In this document: positions 52,201-60,677 of the stretch, piece after piece
Layout: each line of letters starts with the position of its first letter
Numbering within the stretch: the first letter of the stretch is position 1
Source: an uncultured delta proteobacterium
Lineage (GTDB): Bacteria > Desulfobacterota > Desulfobacteria > Desulfobacterales > QNYZ01
DNA: 64,000 nt
NCBI GenBank assembly: GCA_963845145.1
Contig: CAWJQU010000003.1
Span: 224,001 to 288,000, forward strand
Reading direction: 5' to 3'
The notes under the pieces: model-generated
The model's input: the letters and a program-made list of their open reading frames with translations, nothing else
Told to the model about the DNA's origin: nothing
Databases searched by the model: none
Position numbers and translations under genes: made by a program

Positions 52201-52420
52201 TAAATTGTTTATTACTTTACCAGTTATTCCTTTTCCGCCATCCTAATTTAATCCGATGTCGTCCCGCTTGGATAAGCGGGATGTCCTGGACCAGGCTAGA
52301 CGATGGGGACTAAATTGTTTATTACTTTACCAGTTATTCCTTTTCCGCCATCCTAATTTGATCCGATGTCGTCCCGCTTGGATAAGCGGGATGTCCTGGA
52401 CCAGGTTAGACGATGGGGAC
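52201..52420 (-). repeat. Two 110-bp tandem repeats, each with a tRNA-Glu 5' half
   Basis: 5'-half copies at 52257-52310 and 52367-52420. Confidence 0.9.
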
Positions 52421-52437
52421 TAAATTGTCTTAAATCC

Positions 52438-52513
52438 TGGTGGGCCGTGCTGGGCTCGAACCAGCGACTCTCTGCTTAAAAGGCAGATACTCTACCGACT
52501 GAGTTAACGGCCC
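52438..52513 (-). tRNA. tRNA-Lys(UUU)
   Basis: GGGCCGTTAACTCAGTCGGTAGAGTATCTGCC-TTTTA-AGCAGAGAGTCGCTGGTTCGAGCCCAGCACGGCCCACCA, 76 nt. Confidence 0.97.
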
Positions 52514-52530
52514 ATTTTGTAAAGCACAGA

Positions 52531-52559
52531 TATTTAATACGTGCCCAATGGTTTGTCAA
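52531..52559 (-). promoter_or_regulatory. Sigma70-like promoter of the tRNA operon
   Basis: TTGACA (52559-52554) with an AT-rich -10-like box 16-17 bp downstream. Confidence 0.55.
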
Positions 52560-52679
52560 TTAAAAATAAACGCCACATGACGTTTTTTTTAATTGTATAA
52601 AATTCGAACCAGAAACGCCATGATGATCCAGTGAAAAATCATAGAAATATCAAAGTTATATTATCCCATGGCATTGAAA

Positions 52680-53468
52680 TCATAAGTGTAAAATAAGGCT
52701 CCAGCCTGCCGATGACGATCCGATCGATATTAGGCACAAGCCGATGATCGCCGACAATACGATCCAATCAGCCGCCTGAATCTGCATGGGGGGTGGCGTT
52801 GCCGATTCACTATAGCAACGGGCCGTCATGGCCATCACGAGATGATCGGCGAGTTTGATGATTTTGCGCATCACGGGTATGGCGAACCGGGTGAGTCGAT
52901 AATACGGGTTTTTGCGGCATTCCACACAGCGGGCTTTTTGAGCGGCGATGGTTTCCCGGGCCAGATCGATAATCATGGGAAGCAATCGAACCATTAGGCC
53001 GATCATAACGCCCAGACGCTTCTCCGGTAGGCCGGGAACAGGTGAGGCCAGCCATTGCACCGCTGCACGAATCTCCTTGGGACGGGTAGTGGCGGCATAA
53101 ATCATTCCGAGAGCCGTGACGAGCGCTATCCGCCAGCAGATCAGGATGCCTGAGACCATTCCGGTGTCGGTCACTCGAATCGGGCCGATGGTAATCAATG
53201 TATTGCCAGGAATAAAAACAGCTCTTGAAATAAACATGGCCAATAGCAACAAACCAAAATAACGCAGTTCATGGGCGACTGCGAACCAATTTAATCCGGC
53301 ACGCGCCCCCGCTGCCATAGCAACCAACGATACGGTGAGCAAGCCGATTGGGCCGGCCATCATAACCGATGGGCTGAACACGATAAGTGAAATGGTTTTA
53401 AGGCGGGGATCAAACTGATGCAGTACCGAATCTTTTGGATGGAAATGAAATGCTAATGAGTCAGCCAT
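52680..53468 (-). CDS. ECF transporter T component (BioN/CbiQ-like)
   Basis: DPRLK, ATTRP, AQKARC, AMTARCY. Confidence 0.92.
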   Translation of the reverse strand: MADSLAFHFHPKDSVLHQFDPRLKTISLIVFSPSVMMAGPIGLLTVSLVAMAAGARAGLNWFAVAHELRYFGLLLLAMFISRAVFIPGNTLITIGPIRVTDTGMVSGILICWRIALVTALGMIYAATTRPKEIRAAVQWLASPVPGLPEKRLGVMIGLMVRLLPMIIDLARETIAAQKARCVECRKNPYYRLTRFAIPVMRKIIKLADHLVMAMTARCYSESATPPPMQIQAADWIVLSAIIGLCLISIGSSSAGWSLILHL

Positions 53469-54205
53469 GACGCAACATCTCCCCCCATTCTCAGGGCGCA
53501 GGGCATCCGCACCCCGTATTGTTCCACCTTCGGCAAAATCGTTGCCGGGGGGCCGTCCGCGACGATCCGGCCGCCGTTAATGAGTACCAGGCGATCGGCA
53601 TGATAAATCACCTTCTCCAAATCATGGGTCGCAATAATCAAAGTGTGGCCGTTTTGGTGCAGCTTTACCATCTGCTCAAGCACCTGGCACACACCCCGGT
53701 CGTCAAGATTGGAAAAGGGTTCATCGAAAAGGATAACTTCTGAATGCATGGCCAGTACACCTGCCACGGCCAATCGCCGTTTCTCACCCTGGGATAAGTG
53801 ATGGGGCGGCCGGTCTTTTTGTGCCAGGAGGCCCACGGCGGTCAGGGCTTCTGTTGCCCGGCAATCAATTTCCTCACGATCAAGGCCAAGGTTCTCCGGG
53901 CCGAATACCACATCATCGTATACCGTCTCCCCGACAATCTGCATATCGGCATCCTGAAAGACCATTCCCACCTGTTGCCGCACCTGTGTCAGGTTTTTGC
54001 GGATCGGCGCGCCGTCAATGGTCACCTCTCCTTTTTCCGGTAAAAGCAAACCGTTTAAGTGCCTGAAAAAGGTGGTTTTTCCTGATCCGTTGGGGCCGGC
54101 CAGAACAATAAACTCACCTTTTTCGATTGTCAGGTTAATGTTTGATAGCGTTTCGGCCCCATCGGCGAAACAGTGACACAAATCGGTGATTTCGATGTAG
54201 GTCAT
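53453..54205 (-). CDS. ECF transporter ATPase (BioM/CbiO-like)
   Basis: GPNGSGKTT, VFQDAD, LSQGEKRR, FDEP. Confidence 0.95.
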   Translation of the reverse strand: MTYIEITDLCHCFADGAETLSNINLTIEKGEFIVLAGPNGSGKTTFFRHLNGLLLPEKGEVTIDGAPIRKNLTQVRQQVGMVFQDADMQIVGETVYDDVVFGPENLGLDREEIDCRATEALTAVGLLAQKDRPPHHLSQGEKRRLAVAGVLAMHSEVILFDEPFSNLDDRGVCQVLEQMVKLHQNGHTLIIATHDLEKVIYHADRLVLINGGRIVADGPPATILPKVEQYGVRMPCALRMGGDVASWLTH

Positions 54206-54232
54206 ATCCGGCCCGTTTTATTTTTTCCCGAT

Positions 54233-54802
54233 TTATTTTTCGGGAACCATGGCTGGTTGGGGGGCATTATCAAATGAGCCGATGAGAGGGCGCACCAATC
54301 GCACTACGGGAATGGCCGCAGCGATTTTGATCCCATCCCCAATGAGAAACGGAACCATCCCGACGGCCACCGATTTCTGCCAACTCATACCGGTCATGGT
54401 TTTTAGCCAGGGCACGCCCATGGTATAGATAACGGCCGTTGCCAAGAGCATGGCGATAATATCCAATACCATTGACGGCTTGGCACGATTGGATATGATG
54501 CCGACCAGATAAACCGCCGGTAAGTAGGCCAGTAAATACCCACCGGTAGGTCCCCAAAAACGGCCGAGACCGCCGGTTCCAGCGGAAAATACAGGTAGTC
54601 CCAGGGCGCCGGTCAGCAAGTAGGTTCCTACGGCGGCCAGCCCCCATTTGGGACCCAGTGCCAATCCGGCGAGCATCACAAAAAAGTTAGCCAGGTAAAT
54701 CGGCACGGGCCCGATGGGGATGGCCAGAAAAGCCCCTGCCGCGATCAAGGCCGCAAATAAAGAGGCCAGTACCATCATACGAAGGGATGGGTTGGTATTC
54801 AT
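54233..54802 (-). CDS. bioY: Biotin transporter BioY
   Basis: PVP, GALGLPVFS, GPTGGYL, PFLIGDGIK. Confidence 0.95.
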   Translation of the reverse strand: MNTNPSLRMMVLASLFAALIAAGAFLAIPIGPVPIYLANFFVMLAGLALGPKWGLAAVGTYLLTGALGLPVFSAGTGGLGRFWGPTGGYLLAYLPAVYLVGIISNRAKPSMVLDIIAMLLATAVIYTMGVPWLKTMTGMSWQKSVAVGMVPFLIGDGIKIAAAIPVVRLVRPLIGSFDNAPQPAMVPEK

Positions 54803-55758
54803 TAGGTTTTTCGTCCTGTAATTGGTTTGATACCATCATCGTGAAAACAATCACCGTAAACGACCGTTTTTTGTGACCCGTCTTTTTTTCGAATAATCAG
54901 ACCGCCATTTTCGTCCACATCCTCTGCCAAACCCTCCGTTACCGATCGGGGGGTGACCACCCTGACCGGGCGATTTAAAGTAACCGTCCATTGTTTCCAC
55001 TCTTTGATGGTTTGATTGGATGCCGCCGCCGTCAAATTCTCCTCAAATGAATCAAGAAAAGAGATCAGCAGCCTATTTCGCGAAACCGGTCGTCCCAGCA
55101 AATGTCTGATGCTTGTAGCGCCTGGTTCGTGAAAGGTTGGGTCATTATTGACATTAATGCCGATGCCGATATTCAGATAGGTCACCTGGTCGAAATCGGC
55201 CTCCATTTCGGCCAGAAAGCCCGCCAGCTTTTTTTCGTTAACGAGGATATCGTTTGGCCATTTAACCCCGGCGTTGATATTAAATTGTGTTTTTAATGTT
55301 TTTGATAGGGTGGTGGCGGCATAAAGAACGATACGACCGCTCGTTTGGGGCGTTACCGTCGGCCGTAGCACTATCGTAAAATAGAGCCCTCCTTCATCGG
55401 ATTGCCAATTCCGTTTTAGTCGTCCACGCCCTTGGGTCTGGGTGCCGGCCACCACGATGGTCATTTCAGGCGAACCCTGACGCGCTTTTTCCCGGGCAAC
55501 ACTCATGGTAGAGGGAATACAATCATAATAGTGAAAATGTTCCTCGCGATCACCGAATTCCCAGGCAAACGGCATATCCGGAGATTTAATCAACCGATAC
55601 CCCTTGGGGGTGGCGTCGATGTGATAGTCCGCATTTTTGAGAGCCTGAATATGCTTCCAAACCGATACCCGCGAAAGGCCCAACGTTGAACTCAGCCATT
55701 CACCGGATATGGGTCCCTGCGCCCCCCTTAATTGGGCTAATAATTGTCTTTTTATCAT
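54802..55758 (-). CDS. birA: Bifunctional biotin ligase/repressor
   Basis: N-terminal HTH SGE..LGLSRVSVWKHI; QTQGRGR, KWPND, KLAG. Confidence 0.96.
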   Translation of the reverse strand: MIKRQLLAQLRGAQGPISGEWLSSTLGLSRVSVWKHIQALKNADYHIDATPKGYRLIKSPDMPFAWEFGDREEHFHYYDCIPSTMSVAREKARQGSPEMTIVVAGTQTQGRGRLKRNWQSDEGGLYFTIVLRPTVTPQTSGRIVLYAATTLSKTLKTQFNINAGVKWPNDILVNEKKLAGFLAEMEADFDQVTYLNIGIGINVNNDPTFHEPGATSIRHLLGRPVSRNRLLISFLDSFEENLTAAASNQTIKEWKQWTVTLNRPVRVVTPRSVTEGLAEDVDENGGLIIRKKDGSQKTVVYGDCFHDDGIKPITGRKT

Positions 55759-55763
55759 CTTTT

Positions 55764-55792
55764 CGTTACCCTGATTATTTTAAAGGTTAACG
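55764..55792. promoter_or_regulatory. Candidate BirA operator
   Basis: CGTTAACC-N13-GGGTAACG (minus strand) a few bases upstream of the birA ATG. Confidence 0.65.
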
Positions 55793-55860
55793 CCTTTGCT
55801 CCTTTCAGTCAACCGCTTTTCCGGAATTGTCTCTCTGGTGTTGCTTATCGGGTGCCGCTT

Positions 55861-56335
55861 AGGGTAATCGCAAGTAAAATTAAAAAAGCATGGTTGATAT
55901 TTGCGATTGCCCTGGTATTGTCCTGCAAGATAACCGAATTTGGGATTCTTCACAAAAGGGGTGAGGATTATTGTGCGTTGTTCACGTCCAACATTCAAAA
56001 AAACAATCTTATTTTGGCGTGGATTCCATCTGTAGGGGCGCCCCTTGTGGGTGCCCATGCCCTTTGTGGGTGTCTGGCGATCATACCACCGGGCAACCAC
56101 AAGGGATTCCCCTACAAAAACACATCCATTATGGGATTTCGGGCGGTCTCGAATTGGATAAAAAATCAATGACGATTCAAAAAAGATCATACCCTAAAGA
56201 AACTGGCCGTACTCAAATATATTGCGCTTAACCTTTTAAAAATAAAAACGCTTCAATAGCGGCATTCAGTCTAAACAGCTTAAGGCTGCTTGGAATAATA
56301 ATCATTCAAAATTGATTTTACTTGCAATTGCCCTG
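55861..56335 (+). mobile_element. Degenerate ISAs1-family remnant
   Basis: IRs AGGGTAATCGCAAGTAAAAT and AGGGCAATTGCAAGTAAAAT (18/20); flanks GGTGCCGCTT and GGTGCTGCTT; broken C-terminus LAVLKYIALNLLK..GIQSKQLKAAWNN. Confidence 0.72.
56031..56116. repeat. GTAG-type REP doublet (REPIN)
   Basis: TGTAGGGGCGCCCCTTGTGGGTGCCC ... GGGCAACCACAAGGGATTCCCCTACA. Confidence 0.8.
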
Positions 56336-56586
56336 GGTGCTGCTTCTCTGGTGTTGACACTCACCCGCCGGCCTGACATATTAGCTTTTCGATTGCCGCA
56401 AGCTTGCATGGGGCGGGTTTTATATCCCCGCCACCGGTATGAATAGCGCTGGACGGGGCAAAGGTACCTGGCATTTTCTAAAAATATTTATAAACCCTTA
56501 ATAAACCCCCAATCATTTCAATATATTGACAGATAGGCTGTTAATAATTCATTACGTTTTACTGACAGTTGATCTGAATTCGCGTT

Positions 56587-57240
56587 GTGATGCGATTAAA
56601 CCATAAAACCATATTAGCCCGTAGATCGGTATCATTTCTCATTTTCCAGTTCGTTTGCTTTTATAGCCGGACCTTTCGGTTCACTGTTGAAAATGAAGAG
56701 GCATGGACCCGCTATTTAAACCGTGGGGGGCGGGTGCTGCTCTGTGCTTGGCACCAGCAATTTTTTTCTGCGATTCGTTACTTTCGAAAATATCGACCGC
56801 ACAACCCCCACTTGATGATCAGTCCCAGCAAGGATGGCGATATCATTTCCGGCGTTGCCGAACTGGCCGGATGGCATCCTGTGAGGGGATCGTCATCGAA
56901 ACAGGGAAAAAAAGCGTTGCGAGAGCTGATCTTACGCTTAAAAGATACGCGTCTGGCAGCTCTGGTCGTAGATGGTCCCAAAGGACCCATGGGAGAGGTA
57001 AAAGCCGGGGCGATTCGTCTAGCGCATATGACCGATGCCGCCATCGTCCCTTTTTATGTGTCGGCGTCAAAGGCCTGGACCTTTAACAGCTGGGATCGTT
57101 TTTTTGTTCCAAAACCATATACATCGGTTTTATTACGTTTTGGCGATATGATAAAGTTAGATGCTACACGGGATCCGGCTACTTTTGAAAAGCAGCGAGG
57201 GCAGCTTGAAAAGATAATGCAAAAGGGGCTAAGATTGTAA
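56587..57240 (+). CDS. DUF374 / lysophospholipid acyltransferase-family protein
   Basis: CAWHQ, MISPSKDGD, VRGSSSKQG, VDGPKGP, SWDRFFVPKPY. Confidence 0.88.
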   Translation: MMRLNHKTILARRSVSFLIFQFVCFYSRTFRFTVENEEAWTRYLNRGGRVLLCAWHQQFFSAIRYFRKYRPHNPHLMISPSKDGDIISGVAELAGWHPVRGSSSKQGKKALRELILRLKDTRLAALVVDGPKGPMGEVKAGAIRLAHMTDAAIVPFYVSASKAWTFNSWDRFFVPKPYTSVLLRFGDMIKLDATRDPATFEKQRGQLEKIMQKGLRL

Positions 57241-57346
57241 ACAATGCTGCATCCGGTTTCCACCGTGTTGACAAAAAGATCGAAGGATTATGTCGATTGA
57301 ATTAAACAATTGCTGACCTGATAGAACAAACAACGGGAGGTTTCAC

Positions 57347-57889
57347 ATGTTACGAAGAAGCAAGAAAGACAATGCCGATTTAGACGCCAGGGAATCCACC
57401 CAAAACGACAGCCGTCCAGACCCAAACAAGCTCTCTTCACCGACATTGGCAAGACCTGCTGAAAAAACAATTATCGGCGAAGAGATCAGCATCAAGGGGA
57501 CAATTCACGGTCGGGGAAATCTGGTTATTCAGGGATCGATTCAGGGAAATATTGACCTTGACCAACACCATCTCACCATCGGACCCAATGGGAACGTCGA
57601 AGCTGAGGTTACGGCCGAAAATGTCACCATTAGCGGTAAACTCAAAGGGAATATCAACGCTAAGGGAAAAGTCGAAATCACTAAAAGCGCTGATTTTACC
57701 GGAGAGATCAAGGCCAAACGCATCTCGGTTGAAGACGGGGCCTTTTTGAAGGCGGTTATCGAGCTACAACGCAATCCCCAGGCGGCAGCTGCGGGAAAAC
57801 CAGCCACACCGATCCTGAAAGAGCCCGGTCCAAATCCAGGTTCGAATCCAAGCTTAAATTCAGGCTCAAGTAAGGAAAAACCCAAATGA
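57347..57889 (+). CDS. Bactofilin (polymer-forming cytoskeletal protein)
   Basis: IIGEEISIKGTI..IQGSIQGNI..ISVEDGA beta-helix. Confidence 0.92.
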   Translation: MLRRSKKDNADLDARESTQNDSRPDPNKLSSPTLARPAEKTIIGEEISIKGTIHGRGNLVIQGSIQGNIDLDQHHLTIGPNGNVEAEVTAENVTISGKLKGNINAKGKVEITKSADFTGEIKAKRISVEDGAFLKAVIELQRNPQAAAAGKPATPILKEPGPNPGSNPSLNSGSSKEKPK

Positions 57890-57892
57890 TAG

Positions 57893-58540
57893 ATGCTGTT
57901 ATTCCGAGGTAGCGAAACGATGTCGGTCCTTGTAGACATGCCCAAACGAACGAAAACCGGTTTACCCGAACAATCCGCATTCTCGCCATTTACCAGCAAG
58001 GCGGTGCCGGTCTTTTTAAAACAGATCCCTCATCCTGACGAGGCGCACATGCTGGACTTGGGACCCGTCTGCAATGAGAATATTAACCTTTTTGCCAGCC
58101 GTTTAAAAAAACTCTTTGTATTTGATATCTTCACCAAAAAGTTTCTGGCAAACAGTACGGATTCGAAATCGAAGCGTTTTTGGCGACACCTGGATTATTC
58201 TCCCGAGACATTCGATGGAATCGTTCTTTGGGACTTACCCGATCGATTAGACGATGAAGATGCACATGAACTCGGTCGAAGGTGCAATAATCTACTCAAG
58301 CCGGAAGGCATCACCCTGGTCTGGGCTACGGGCCAACCGCATCACGAGACCCGGGTGAATGCCTTTGCCGTCGACGAGACGTTTCAAATAGCCTTTCGTG
58401 ATCAACCACACCTCAAACTCCCCCTGCATCCCCGCAAAACAAGGGATCTGTTTGACGTTCTCAACCCGCTGATACCCGTTCAATCGTTTATTTTCCGCAG
58501 CGGGTTAAGGGAATTTGTTTTAAAAAAGGGTAATAATTAG
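57893..58540 (+). CDS. SAM-dependent methyltransferase-like protein
   Basis: MLDLGP, FDGIVLWD, LLKPEG. Confidence 0.65.
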   Translation: MLLFRGSETMSVLVDMPKRTKTGLPEQSAFSPFTSKAVPVFLKQIPHPDEAHMLDLGPVCNENINLFASRLKKLFVFDIFTKKFLANSTDSKSKRFWRHLDYSPETFDGIVLWDLPDRLDDEDAHELGRRCNNLLKPEGITLVWATGQPHHETRVNAFAVDETFQIAFRDQPHLKLPLHPRKTRDLFDVLNPLIPVQSFIFRSGLREFVLKKGNN

Positions 58541-58575
58541 TGGAAGGTAATAATTAGTGGGTGGTCGGGGAGCGA

Positions 58576-59703
58576 TTACACTGAAAACGCCTGGTGAGAC
58601 GATGCCATGCGCTCAAGGAATTCTTCATTCACGTCAATACCCAGCCCGGGGCGCGATGGCGGCTCCGCCAACCCTGCCCGACCGAACGTCAGGGGATGGT
58701 TGACAATATCCTCCTCAAGCAAATAGGACGAATAGGCGCCTTCCAGATATTCCAAGGCATGTGTTGACGCAAACTGTTGTCCCGCGGCGGCCAAAATGCT
58801 GGTCTCCCCCACCTGGCATCCCAACTGCGAAAGGATGCCATGCGATCGGGCCAGTGCATATATTTGATCCGAGGCCACCATGCCACCACATTTGGATAAC
58901 CTGAGATTAAACATTACTTTAGGGCCCAGTGAAACCAGTCTTTCGGCATCGGCCAACCCGCACAGCGATTCATCGGCAATTATGGGGATTCGGATATTCT
59001 CAGCCACATAGTGCAAACCCTCAAAATCGTTTTTTTCGACCGGCTGCTCCACAGCACTGATACCCAATCCCATCATCTCATTGATTCGTAAAACAGCCTC
59101 ATTTGCTTTCCAGGCCCCGTTTGCATCAACCCGAATATCGACGTTCGACCCCAGGACATTCCGGGCGTTCGCTAAACGCTCGATATCCCGATCGTCCCCA
59201 ACTTTAATTTTGACATCAGTCATTCCGGAATCCCGCGACAGGCACAATAGCTCGTTAAACTTATGAGAATCCGTGATGGGTAGAACGGCACTATAGCGAA
59301 GGGATTGATCTTTGGGGCCGAAAAAGTTCGCCACCGGCATGTCCCATCTCTTTCCGGCAGCATCCAAAAGGGCAAGTTCCAGGGCGCAACAAAGTGCCGG
59401 AGCCTGTTTTGTCCTTTCAGCGGAAAAAAAATCAGATAGTGCGCGACGGACTTCCGACGGTTTTTCAATAGCAATCCGCTTTAGACGAGCCAAGAGGTTA
59501 TTTTTGAAAAAAGCGATGCTTTCAGAAATGTTCTCACCGGTGACAAAGTCCCGGGCGACGCCCTCACCAAACCCAATCACGTTTTCCCGGGTCGATATTT
59601 TTACAATCAGATTGTCGGAAAATCGATGCTCGGCCAGGTGATGCCTAAAAGACATGCACAGGGGTATCTTCAAGCGGTATATATCGATCGTCTTCAACTG
59701 CAC
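58576..59703 (-). CDS. Enolase-superfamily enzyme (dipeptide epimerase/MLE-like)
   Basis: GFGE, KIKVG, VDANGAW, VEQP, ADES, RLSKCGG; GTG start at 59703 after GAGGAG (track start 59721). Confidence 0.88.
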   Translation of the reverse strand: MQLKTIDIYRLKIPLCMSFRHHLAEHRFSDNLIVKISTRENVIGFGEGVARDFVTGENISESIAFFKNNLLARLKRIAIEKPSEVRRALSDFFSAERTKQAPALCCALELALLDAAGKRWDMPVANFFGPKDQSLRYSAVLPITDSHKFNELLCLSRDSGMTDVKIKVGDDRDIERLANARNVLGSNVDIRVDANGAWKANEAVLRINEMMGLGISAVEQPVEKNDFEGLHYVAENIRIPIIADESLCGLADAERLVSLGPKVMFNLRLSKCGGMVASDQIYALARSHGILSQLGCQVGETSILAAAGQQFASTHALEYLEGAYSSYLLEEDIVNHPLTFGRAGLAEPPSRPGLGIDVNEEFLERMASSHQAFSV

Positions 59704-60649
59704 GTGTCCTGGGCTCCTCATTAATTTGCGGACCTATAATCTGGCTCGCGTCTTTCCATTGATACCATTGGTGGGGGGCTTCGAAAATATAGCGCTCCAA
59801 TATTTCCAATGATTTTTGGGAAACGGTCGTCGTTTCCGGCGCGCCTTGGCTATCCTTTAGCAGATGAAGATTCAAACGATACCGCTGTCCGGATTGCCGT
59901 TGGACGATTCCCATAACAACCGGCGACTTGGAGCGGCGGTGAAGCATATCCAAAGTCCGATCAAAGGGAACTTTGCGTCCCAAAAACCGATTGTGCCGAA
60001 ACTTACATGGACGCCATTTCTCAAATTCGTCACATTCGGTGATGATAATCTGATTGGATTTTAAAGCTTTTAACGCCTCGAACAAAACCCCCCGCCCTTC
60101 ATCCACGTCAACAAGTGTAATGGGGACACCGACTGATCGCCGGACCAGTGTTCGCTTGAGGTTCTTCGTTTTAAACCGCAGTAACATGGTTACCGTATAA
60201 CCATTAAGCGCCAAGGCCAGGGGTAGAAATTCAACGGCACCATAGTGGCCGGTGACCAAAATCGCCCCTTTTCCATCAGCCAGGGCTTTATCCAATACGC
60301 CCTGCCCTTCAAGGGATACCCGATTATTTAGAAAAAGACAGGTTCTTTTGAATCTCGAATAGGCGACAAATAACTTCTCGGCGTAATGGGCAAAAATCCC
60401 CGCGAAGGTTTCTCGAACAGTCTTTATGACTTCCGGGTCTTTTTCATGCCGCCCCAGGACGGTGCAGACATTCCGATGGATTCTACGGCGTTCGCCTTTA
60501 TTAAGGTAATAATACAATTTACCCAATACGCTGACATAGGCCTGCATCCAGGAGAGCGGTAATATCCACGTCAAGTAGGTGTTGTAGCGCCATTGCAGGA
60601 AACGGCTGATATCCAAATGTCTAAGCCAGCCACCACTTTCAGATTTCAT
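59645..60649 (-). CDS. LpxL/LPLAT-family acyltransferase
   Basis: GKGAILVTGHYGAVEF, PHQWYQW. Confidence 0.85.
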   Translation of the reverse strand: MKSESGGWLRHLDISRFLQWRYNTYLTWILPLSWMQAYVSVLGKLYYYLNKGERRRIHRNVCTVLGRHEKDPEVIKTVRETFAGIFAHYAEKLFVAYSRFKRTCLFLNNRVSLEGQGVLDKALADGKGAILVTGHYGAVEFLPLALALNGYTVTMLLRFKTKNLKRTLVRRSVGVPITLVDVDEGRGVLFEALKALKSNQIIITECDEFEKWRPCKFRHNRFLGRKVPFDRTLDMLHRRSKSPVVMGIVQRQSGQRYRLNLHLLKDSQGAPETTTVSQKSLEILERYIFEAPHQWYQWKDASQIIGPQINEEPRTRAVEDDRYIPLEDTPVHVF

Positions 60650-60677
60650 TACGATTGCCCCTTTTTAATCTGCCCAT

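Noticed and set aside
51892..52420. CRISPR array
   Set aside because: The repeats derive from tRNA, the intervening sequences are themselves duplicated rather than unique spacers, and no cas genes are present.
55744..56231. Three overlapping ORFs of 86-142 aa
   Set aside because: They cross the ISAs1 remnant and REPIN and have no protein motifs.
58529..58560. GGTAATAATTAGTGG duplicated at a stop codon
   Set aside because: A simple local tandem duplication with no evident function.
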